Part shown: positions 54,069-64,000 of the stretch, one piece after another
Layout: every line of letters starts with the position of its first letter
How positions within the stretch are numbered: position 1 is the stretch's first letter
Assembly (NCBI RefSeq): GCF_018350175.1
Contig: NC_058368.1
Location: 145,578,001-145,642,000, forward strand
Direction of reading: 5' to 3'
Source of the DNA: Felis catus
Taxonomy: Eukaryota
Length of the DNA stretch: 64,000 bases
Translations under genes and position numbers: made by a program
The notes under the pieces: generated by a model
Seen by the model: only the letters and a program-made list of their open reading frames with translations
Databases searched by the model: none
Told to the model about the DNA's origin: nothing

Positions 54069-54874
54069 TGGTCTGGAGAATTATGCTTGGTATCTAGAAG
54101 CCTCTTGTTTGTTGGTTTGTTTTTTTGTTTAACATGTTAATTTCTTTATTTTAAAGTCCTGTGTTATTTAGGTTCTTATTTTCATGGCATGTTGAATTTT
54201 TGTTTTTAATTACTAGACTTTTTTTTTTTGAGCAGCTTTAGGTTTACAGAAAAAAAACTGAACAAAATATAAGTTTTCTATATGCTTTCTCAATCACTCC
54301 CCACTCCAGTTTCCCCTTTATTTAACATTTTGTGTTAGTTTGGTACGTTTGTTAAAGTTGATGAACCAATATTGGTAGATTATTATTAACTAAAGTCCAT
54401 AGTTTACACTAGGATTCACTCTTTGTGTTGTACATTTTATGAGTTTTGACAAATGTATAATGTTATCTATTACTGTTAATAGTGTTTTACAGAATAATTA
54501 TTTCATGGCCCTAAAAATCTATGCTCTACCTATTCATCCCCACTTTCTCTCCCAGCCTGGTGACTTTTTAAAGTCTATATTGCTAATATTATCATTTGCA
54601 AAATTGGATCTTTTTTTTTTTTTAACAATTTGGTCCTTTCCAATTTGGGTGCTTTGTGGAACTAGTTTCATATACTTTTCACACATACCTGTCATTTTAG
54701 CTTGTTATGATTAAGATGGGTCTAGTTGTCTCCTTTGTCCCACAGTAGTATGGACTCTGGAGCTGGAGAGATCAGAGCTTCAATAGGTTGTGAATTAATC
54801 CTTTTACTTCTGAGAAGCCTTTTGTACCATGGAAACAAATCCATCTCTTAAATTTTGTTTATTTGGTTAACTAG

Positions 54875-55110
54875 ACTCTCAACTACACTCTGAGCAGACA
54901 AGGACATTTGGAAAAAGAAGCTTGGAATGCATTCAGCCATCATAGCCCAGTTAATGTCTCTATGGATGGAATTCCTTGCATTCTTTTCTGGGCCAAAAGA
55001 ATAACAATAAAATTTAAGAATCAGACCTGGCTGGATTTTACAGATGAAGCTTTTGGCCAGAAGGCAGCAGTGGACACTAGCAACTCAAATTGCAGTGAAG
55101 AAAGTGCCAT
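54875..55110 (+). CDS. ATP6AP1L: ATP6AP1L coding exon 4 (lumenal domain)
   Basis: aactag|ACT...GCCAT|gtaagt, 236 nt; ...SPVNVSMDGIPCILFWAKRITIKFKNQTWLDFTDEAFGQKAAVDTSNSNCSEESA, containing the CILFWA motif similar to Ac45/ATP6AP1. Confidence 0.88.
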
Positions 55111-55890
55111 GTAAGTTGCCATTAGGGTATTGTAGTCTGTTAACTGGGCGTTCGAGTTTTCTGACATTTCAGAAGATGGAAGTAGGTTCGTTTGTAGTTA
55201 GCTTGAAACACATCTCTGAGGAAATGTTTAACATCTACAATGAAAGAAAAATCAGAAATTAATTTAAAAACTACTTTTCCTAGCTATTTTCTTGTTATAA
55301 TACCTCAAGGAAAATCAGAGTTGTGAAAGAGGAGGTTTTCCAAACTCATTCTGAAAACTGAAGAGGACCCCGGGCTTGGTATCAACTCCAGATGTGAGGT
55401 GTCCAACTACTTTTGTCCCAGCAGGGAGGAAATCGTGTATCAGCAAGCCGAGTCCTACGTCTTCTACTGGGGGAAACCATGAAGGCTGACTCTAGCCAAG
55501 GAAGAGTCCCAATTCTAGAGAGTGTTCTGAAGTTGTGGAACGTTGCCAGTTTGCAGGGGTATCTTTGAATGGCCAAATTTCAGAGAATTCTTTAGAACAG
55601 TTCTTCAAAATGATTATAATAATTGCTTTTGATTTGAGATAAGCAGATTAAACAAATATCCCTTTTAAGGAGGAAATCAATGTCCAGTACCTTTCTCTGC
55701 TTTTAGTCATCTGAGCAAAAATTTTTTCTTGTATTTGTTTTGGTCAAGAAGAAGTCTGGCATGTCCCACTTGCTTTCTGTAAATCTCCCTGCTTTCAACA
55801 TTTGCTGGTATAATGAAGGCTTTTGGAAGATTGTCTGCATTTGTTCTGGCCTGGTTGAGATGGGCAGAATGCTAATGTATACTGTGTATT

Positions 55891-55896
55891 TGTGTG

Positions 55897-55928
<32 letters not shown>
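55891..55928. repeat. (TG)n microsatellite
   Basis: Direct reading. Confidence 0.95.
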
Positions 55929-56778
55929 GCATTTTTACTCCAGAACTTGACATTTCATTTAAAAATTATTGATGATGGGTGAAAATGGATTGTATTAGTA
56001 TTACAAGTTATATTACAAGTTTTAGTAAGCATCTTGCCATGCAGAATGATTGTCTCTTATTAGAGAATTAGAGGATTCTAAGTATAAGCATCCAGAGTCC
56101 TCCCAGATTTGTTTATTCTGCTACAGCACAGACTACCAAAGAGACTCCAGCACTGCTGAGAGCTCAGGACTTGTTCCTTGGGCTCTAATTAATTCCCTAC
56201 AGGGCTCTTTATTTGTGGTCAGCTGCCTAGAGAGAGGCTGATTGCCTAGGGATCATCTTGCCTGTCTGTGGCTGACTGGCCCTTCTTGATTCCATTTATT
56301 CCGACCACAGGATATTTGTGGGGGAGATCAGAGCACCACAGTTTTTTTGCTGGGCTTTAGAAATCTTAATGATCACTGGGAACCCAGAAACAGAAAAAAA
56401 TGACAACTTGGCTTCTAGGCCCAGTTCTGCCAGTGAGCTTTGTGACTTTACAAATAGGAGCTGCCATGGGATCATATCTGTGAATGGAGGTGATGGCATC
56501 TATTAATTGTAACAGGCCTGGAGCATTTGCCATGGATCAGGCACAGAGCAAGGACTTCACGGGCACAATATTTATTATTCCCTACAATACTATTGTGAAA
56601 AAGTCCCTGAGTCACAGACCATTACCATCTGAAATCAAACTTCGTAGAGGTTAGGAAATTTGATAAGACCATACAGCTTGTTTGCTAGTAGAGCTGAGGT
56701 CTACAATGTTTTTAATAGTGGCATTTTACCTCCTCTCTCTTGGCGCTATCTCATAGCATCATGAAAATCAAATGGGGA

Positions 56779-57006
56779 GGGGCACCTGGGTGACTCAGTT
56801 ACTGGCTCATTCAGCTAAATGTCCAACTTCAGCTCAGGTCACGATCTCAGTTTGTGAGTTCAAGCCCCGCTTTTAGCTCTGAGCTGTCAGTGCAGAGCCT
56901 GCTTCAGATCCTCTCTCTCTCTCTGTCCCTCTCCCTCTCCTCCTCCTCCTACCCTGATTGCATGTGAGTGCTCTTTCTTTCTCTCTCTCTCTCTCAAAAA
57001 AAAAAC
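56779..57006 (+). mobile_element. CAN-SINE
   Basis: TSD aaaatcaaatgggga on both sides. Confidence 0.9.
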
Positions 57007-58699
57007 ATCAAAATCAAATGGGGAATTGTATGCATGAGAACTTGTCAGGGGCCACTCAAAGTGGTAGTATTATCTTCCTAACATGCTAATGATAAACTAG
57101 AGTAAAATAGTGCCTAGTTTGCTGGTGGAAGGACCTAGGGAAGCTTTGGTTTTCATAATGCACAAAGGAATAATTGGGTGGAACCTGACTTTTCTTCTTG
57201 GCCACCAATGTAATAATTCTACTGGGACAAGTTCTGACTGAATAGCCCCCACCTCCTGGAGTACTGCTCAGGCAAGTGTGCCCACATCCAGGAGAGCCGA
57301 CCCAAGGGCATGAGTGGGAGGCTTCCCAGTACACGAAGCATGCAGGGACCAGATATTGAGTCTGTCCCTCATTCCTGTGAATTGTGGACATTAGTGGACA
57401 TTTGCTGTGCTGGCAAGGAAATCTTCTATTCTCAAGAACCAGAAAGGGAGTGACGGAAAGAACAAACCCAAGTAAAGACATAACCATGTAGGGTCAAAAG
57501 CACAGATTAAAAAAATATGACCTTGTTTTAGTGCCTGGAAACAAAATGTTCAGGGAAAGGCGAATTGTTGGCAGACAGATTTGGTACGGAAGTCTTTTTA
57601 AATAGTGAAAGCCCTACAAATAGAGCATAATCTGAGCATCTGTGTGTATTTTGAGTTTAGGCAATTATAGTCTGAAGAATTCAGAGTCCGTTTGAAACGT
57701 GGGAGGTTAGGGTGCTTGGAAGAGTAAAAGCAGCTCTTTTTTGAGTGACTTACTAGATTGTATTTCTCCTTCGTGTTCTCGGGTAATGGTGCCGTGGCTG
57801 GCAGTTAAGAGCCTCACTGAATGATTGTCGAATTTGCTTTGTTGAAATCAAGCATGTTCTTTACTCTGCAGCAGAGCATGTTAACAGCTTTCACCAAAAC
57901 CAGGACTGCTGGAGAGAACTCTTGCAGGGTCAGAAGCATAGAGGCCATTGAGCTGCTCCATCAGAAGGGGGGAGCTATTAGGGTGGGCTCAGTGTGGCCT
58001 TGCTTTGAATTTTAGTTCATCAGCTACAGGACCAGTTTATAGATAACTAAGCTATTCTGATTCCTTGGAAGAAGTAGAGAAATGTCTGTTAGAGTAAGTG
58101 ACCAATCAAATTCATAAAATACTATTCAAGGAGTACAATTTATTTCTTAGAAGTTTTAAGTAATTTGTTAACTATTAGAATATTATTAGAGAAAGGCCTT
58201 TTGGAGACTTGCTTAACTGAGTAAATTACCTTATAAAGTATTTAGAAATGAGTGCTTTTAAGGTGCCTGAGCTTATAATGTTAGGAAATAAAGATAATTC
58301 TCTTAGTGACTTTATTTACCAGGTTTATTTTATAAATATCCCTTACCCCATAGATAGTATGAAGATAAACTTTAGCTCAATCACTGACATTTCTATTTCT
58401 TGATAAGTAGGACCAAATTAATGAGATTATATTTGCGGGTTTTTTTCAAGTTTGTAATTTTACATTTTATGGCTACCCACTTTTGCTTTTTTGGTTTTAT
58501 GGCATATGTTGAGGTGTTATAACTTCTAGACATTATAATGTCTATTATATAGATAATATATAATACGTAATATATTATAATATTTATATATATTTATATA
58601 ATATATATTTATACTATATAATATATAAAAGGATGCAGCACCATCCTTTCTGTATTTACATTTTTCACATTTTCTCATTTCAGTTATTTAGCTTTTACT

Positions 58700-59404
58700 C
58701 ATTTTTATTTTTCAACCTTATTGAAATATAATAAAATACACTAAACTGCACATGTTTAAAGTACACACTTTGATCAATTTTGATGTGTTTGTACACCCAT
58801 GAAACCATTACTATAATCAAAACAGCAAACATTTTCATCACCCTGAAAAGTTTCTTTGTGCCCTTTTGTGATCTTTCTCTCCTGCCACTCCCACCCCTCC
58901 AGGTAACCACTGATCTGCTCTCTATCATTATAGATGAGTTTGAATTTTCTAGAATTTTATATAAATATACTCATATAGTGTATATTCTTTTTTAGTCTGG
59001 CTTCTTTCACTTAGCATAATTATTTTGATATTCTTCTGCTTTGTTGCATGTGTCAAAGTTATGTTCCTTTTTACCGCTGAGTAGTAAGTACTCCATAGTA
59101 TGGATATACCACTACTTATTTATCCATCCACCTCTTGATGGAAATTTGGTTTTTGCCCCAGTTTTTAGATAGCTTTCCAAATAAAGTCGTGTTAAACGTT
59201 CATGTGTAAGTCTGTGTACGAACATATATTTTCATTTCTCTTAGATAAATACCTAGGAGGGGAATGGTCAGATCATATAGTATATGTATGTTTGGCTTTT
59301 TAAGAAACCACCAAATAGTTTTTTTGTACCATTTACCTTCCCACCAGCTTTGTGTGAGGAGGTTCTGGTTGCTTTACATCCTCACCAACACTTGGAATGG
59401 TCAA
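58700..59404 (-). mobile_element. L1M 3' end, resuming at about 60545-61020 after an LTR insertion
   Basis: Typical L1MB-like 3'UTR antisense sequence (ccaggtaaccactgatctgct...tggatataccac). Confidence 0.75.
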
Positions 59405-60489
59405 TGTAAGACTGTAAAGAAAATATTTTTATTGTTTCTGCATGGTAAGCAATTTCTGGACAAATTTTACTGGGACTTGGGTTAAAAAATAAGCCTTGGA
59501 GTTAGTTAGTAATTTAGTTAGATTCATCTCCTTAGAAGAAAGTGTTTACCTGTCAGGAGTACTGAACCTCAGGACCATGGACATATTGCAGGGTTTGGAA
59601 ACCCAGAGAGACTTCTTGTCTTCCTCTTAGAAATAATTATTTACATTCATGGGTATTAGACATGCAGCCGTTTGTCTCCTTTAAGATGAGCTATTTGCTC
59701 CCATTCAAAGGCTAATAAAACTCATCTGCTTACACTGTGAGGTAGGTAACTAGTACCCTTCTCTTTTCATGTTTCCAGGACAGTTTTTGACACTATGAAA
59801 GCAAATGTTTTCTTCCTCTCTCAGGAGGTGAAGGGGTACCACAGTCTCCCTCTTATATAAGCTCCCAGATTCATAATTTTGGTGTTCCTCATCTGTATTA
59901 CAAATCTCAGTATGTACAGGATGATATCTGGCTCTCATCATGTTTCTAAGGCAGAAGAATTCGGTTAAAAGGGGAATCGGGGGCGCCTGGGTGGCGCAGT
60001 CGGTTAAGCGTCCGACTTCAGCCAGGTCACGATCTCGCGGTCCGTGAGTTCGAGCCCCGCGTCAGGCTCTGGGCTGATGGCTCAGAGCCTGGAGCCTGTT
60101 TCCGATTCTGTGTCTCCCTCTCTCTCTGCCCCTCCCCCGTTCATGCTCTGTCTCTCTATGTCCCCCCAAAAATAAAATACACGTTGAAAAAAAATTAAAA
60201 GAATAAAAAAGGGGGAATCAGGGCACCTGGGTGGCTCAGTGTCCAACTTTGGCTCAGGTCATGATCTCACAGGTCTAGAGTTCAAGCCCCGCATCAGGCT
60301 CTGTGCTGATAGCTCAGAGGCTGGAGACTGTTTCTGATTCTGTGTGTCTCTCTCTCTGCTCCTCCCCTCTCAAAAATAAGTAAATATTTTTTAAAAATTC
60401 TTTAAGAAAAAAGGGGAACCAATATGGTTATTGCTATGAGTTAGTAATAATCTGTCTCTGCTCCCAGAAATCTCCTGTTAACTTTTACA
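59405..60489 (+). mobile_element. Probable LTR inserted into an L1 and carrying two CAN-SINEs
   Basis: TGTAAG...TTACA termini; gtaataatctgtctctg 3' motif; L1 sequence on both sides. Confidence 0.5.
59979..60412 (+). mobile_element. Two head-to-tail CAN-SINEs; the first very young
   Basis: ggggcgcctgggtggcgcagtcggttaagcgtccgact... with intact CpGs; second, older copy from 60220. Confidence 0.93.
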
Positions 60490-61084
60490 AAAGTGTGAAT
60501 AAATATGGATTTTAAAAGCTTAAGCATCGGTTCTTAAAAAAAAAATTAGCCATTTCGATTACTGTATCATGGTGCTTTTATCTTATTGTGGTCTTATTTT
60601 ATATTTTGCTGATAGCTAATGGTGTGCTGAGCATCTTTTCATGTACTTATTAGCTATTTGTGTATTTTCCTTTGTGAAGTGCCTGTCTTTTCACCATTTT
60701 TAAGTTAGGTTGGTTGCCTTCTTATTATTGAATTGTTAGTGTTATTTATTATATTCTGGATACTAGTTCTTTGTGTATATGTATTGTGAATATTTTCTCT
60801 TGTTCTGTGGCTTGCCTTTTTTTTTGTTTCTTAACACTGTTAAGAGTATTTCTGAAGAGTAAAATTTTGAATTTAATAAAGTACAGTTTATCAATTTTTC
60901 TTTATGTTTCATACTTCTATTTTTTTTCAAGAAACCATTGGCTACCCCAAGATTCCAAAACTGCTATATGTTTATTCTATAAGTTTTATAGCTTTAGTTG
61001 TTCCATTTTGAGGTAATTTTATAGTAGAGTGTTATGTAAAGGTTATTTGTATTTTGATAGATTATGTTCTTTCTGTTTTCTTAG

Positions 61085-61135
61085 TTTATCTATGAAGTTT
61101 GGTGATGCTGAAAGTCCCAAAGGTCTTGATATAAG
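61085..61135 (+). CDS. ATP6AP1L: ATP6AP1L coding exon 5
   Basis: ctgttttcttag|T...ATAAG|gtaagt, 51 nt, phase 2/2; (I)LSMKFGDAESPKGLDI(R). Confidence 0.88.
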
Positions 61136-62303
61136 GTAAGTATGGATACTACTTTAAAAGGTCATAAATTCAGCACTCCAGTTTAGTTCCATATAATTTA
61201 CTCATTCAACATGTAGTAAGTATCAAGACCTCCTATGTGCCAAGCACTGTGACACGTGAAATGCCACATTTAACTAACTGTACAAAGGCAGTGATTTTAT
61301 GGTAGGATCCTATCATAATGCTTTCTTCAGTTTCTACCAAAGCATCTGTGTAGTTTTTCCTTCCTCAGTTAAGACCTAGAAATCACATGAACCTGAGAAT
61401 GTAATAGTCTTTTTCTTCTGAGCAAAGACTAAAATATATGTAAAGCTCTGAAGCTGTGACTCTGGTTTGAAGTTATTTTCTATATAATACCTTACAGTGA
61501 ATCACACATCATTTAATAATAGCAAAAAAGTCTCTGTTAGCTGAATTTCCCAGCAGACAACCCAGGCTTACATCTTGCTCTGCTTATGTATGGAAGAATA
61601 TATCTGCCAAGCAGTTAGGAACTGCTCCAGGAGTGGGGCACAATTTGAAGGCATTATATACTTTTTCTTATAATAATGAAATGTTTCCATTTCTATAGGA
61701 CCAACCTTTTCATGGAGACAAACAGCCGTGTCTTTAACATTACTTGAAACACCAGCAGGATGTGGTAGGGTAGTCTTTCCTAAGCTGTGTTCCATGGAAC
61801 ACTTCTGCTCTGTAAAAATATTTACAAGATTCCTAGGAAAGGGGTTCTGTGGTCAGATGTGTTTGAGAAAGACTGCACTCCACGTCCTCCTCTTGGAGAT
61901 TGACACTATAAATTTGTATTAAACTTAAATTTATTAAATTTAATGTATAAAATTAAAGTTACTATGAAGACATGCTCTTAAGGAAGATTCCTGCGCTTGG
62001 TAACTTTGATTAACCTCATGTTTCCTGTGTTTATCTCGGAAAACTCTTTCCTCAGAATATTTGTCTACATGTCATGGAACACTAGTGTTTCACTGATCAT
62101 AATTTAAAAAATACATATCATCATATTTCAGAGAAACTTTATGAGGAAAATAGAATACCACAAGGTGAGTAAACATATATACAAACCCAAATACACATAT
62201 CTGTTTCATATAGGAATGAGGAATAGTTTTTATTCAAATAGCACCTTTTTTCCCCAAAAGGAAATTAGGTTTATGATTCTTATTTTTTCTGATGATAAAG
62301 GTA

Positions 62304-62765
62304 TGTGGTAGACACTGTCAGTACCCTAGCTGTGTCGCTTTGGGCATTTCCATTTGAGAGTACTGTAGTCCACCAGCTCAACTTTGAATTGTCAGCCCTT
62401 CCTTACCTAAAAGCTTTCTTTAGTCAGAGAGGTCCACTGCCTTTTATCCCTACCTCAGCAGCTCTCAGTCAGTGACTGAAAGAAGTGTATAAACATCCCA
62501 GCTCCCTCACCCTCAGATCAGATAACAGGCATGTGAACTACCCTGTCTCCCAGGGTACCCCATGGGCATCAAACCCCACTTGCCCATAGTGGAAACTTGC
62601 TTAACAATGTGTCCTTTTGGGGTGCCTTCTACTCTGTCATTTCTCTTTTTCCCGTATGACATATTTTGAGTGACTAAATTGCCAAATAAGTTTGGGACCA
62701 CCTCCCCAAATACTTCTATTCACATCATTGTCTCAGGGTCTGCTTCTGTAGGGGCCCAATACATG
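62304..62765. mobile_element. Old ERVL LTR (LTR16-like)
   Basis: tgtggtagacactgtc...cccagctccctcacccctcag-like...tctcagggtctgcttctg. Confidence 0.55.
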
Positions 62766-63484
62766 TCCAGAAAACAGAAAAATCAGAAAATGTTAATCTA
62801 TGAAAAGAACGTGAAAATTATTCATAATTTAACCTCCATTTGTAATCATTAATATTTTCATCTCTGTCCTTCCAGAATTTTTTCTATGTAGTCATACATT
62901 TTTTTAATGAAGAAACAATCATGACATATTATAACTTTTTTATTGCTAGAGAGTATTCCATTCCAAAATGGCTAAGAGTAAGGGCTCTGGTCTCAAATTG
63001 GATTCAAAGCTCTGCTCCCATACTTAATCTCTGAGTAAATTTTCACAGGTTCTTTCCTTAACTCCACTGTGTCTTGATTCATCACCTATGACATGAGGGT
63101 AATAATATTGTGTATCTCATGTTAAATAATAGAAGGGTGCTTGACACAGTAAAAGCTTTTATTATTAGTTTTGACCCTTATTTATTTAACTAATTCTGTG
63201 TTATTGTCCATTTAGTTTTCCTCAACCTTTTGCAAAGTAAAATCAAGTTTTGATCACAAAAGAAAATAAAACAGGTTTCTTTGTGTTTTTCTTTTTGAAG
63301 GAGTTTGTACCATTCACTTTTATTCCTACCCATCAGGAAACTCTTCTCCAGAACTAGAAGTAAACTCTCCCTGAGCCAGTTCTACTACCTGACAAAAGAG
63401 GGTGCAATTGCTCTGTTAATAGATGATTTCCTGTGTAGCAAAAATCAAGTGCTTTAGGAGTGATACTGTTGTGATCTTTTTCAG

Positions 63485-63725
63485 ATTCACCCTTACCAAT
63501 TACAAAAAGTCGTACATCCAGAGCTGGTTTAGTTTGCACAGAGTTGAGATTATTTTCAATAATTCGATCCAAGCAACTTTTAATGCCACTGGCATATATG
63601 CGCCATCGAGTTATTCCTACCACTGCCAGCATGTCAGCAGCCTGCAGCGTTCTGATGCCCTCTTGTTGCCCAGCTACGTGGATGATACTTCAAGCCTGTG
63701 GGAGGTCACTTTTGTTGATTTCCAG
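63485..63725 (+). CDS. ATP6AP1L: ATP6AP1L coding exon 6; gene continues beyond the window
   Basis: ttttcag|A...TTCCAG|gtaac, 241 nt; FTLTNYKKSYIQSWFSLHRVEIIFNNSIQATFNATGIYAPSSYSYHCQHVSSLQ...WEVTFVDFQ, matching Ac45-family motifs (APSxYSYHC, DFQ). Confidence 0.92.
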
Positions 63726-64000
63726 GTAACAAACTAAAACAGGTGCTCAGTGCACCTGTATATCAGGTGCCAAAAAACCTCAGTGTTTGAAAACACCTGT
63801 AATATACATGTTTAGGGAAAAGAGAGGAATGGATACCTTTAAAATAATGTTGGTATTTTTTTCTTTATCTTCTAAGTTTTGAAATGGAATCGGATAGAAT
63901 GTTTCCTCTCCCTGTGCACGACCCACCGCCTATGCCTCCTCCCCACTTGCCTTTACATTCACATTTATGCAGTCACTAATAACTACCAATGAGGAAGGCC

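Overview
Mammalian, almost certainly felid, genomic DNA (carnivore CAN-SINEs and a cat-type L1 3' end) covering the conserved ATG10-RPS23-ATP6AP1L neighbourhood. It contains the last two coding exons of ATG10 (+, 11825-12678) and the complete 4-exon RPS23 gene (-, 26944-28572, 143 aa, 5'TOP, CpG-island promoter). It also contains six phase-compatible exons of ATP6AP1L/Ac45-related protein (+, 45559-63725; 243 uninterrupted codons beginning with a signal peptide), with the rest of that gene beyond the window. The remainder is intron or intergenic DNA rich in SINEs, L1/L2, LTRs and hAT MITEs. Most ORF-track entries are spurious. The most unusual signals are: (1) a degenerate same-strand duplicate of the RPS23 terminal exon with its own acceptor about 3.4 kb downstream, showing a synonymous-biased divergence pattern; (2) two related hairpin-forming elements just beyond it; and (3) an apparently intact, signal-peptide-bearing ATP6AP1L. 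No wholly new system can be proven from sequence alone. Gene identities rest on recalled protein sequences, and repeat subfamily names and boundaries are approximate, by-eye calls.
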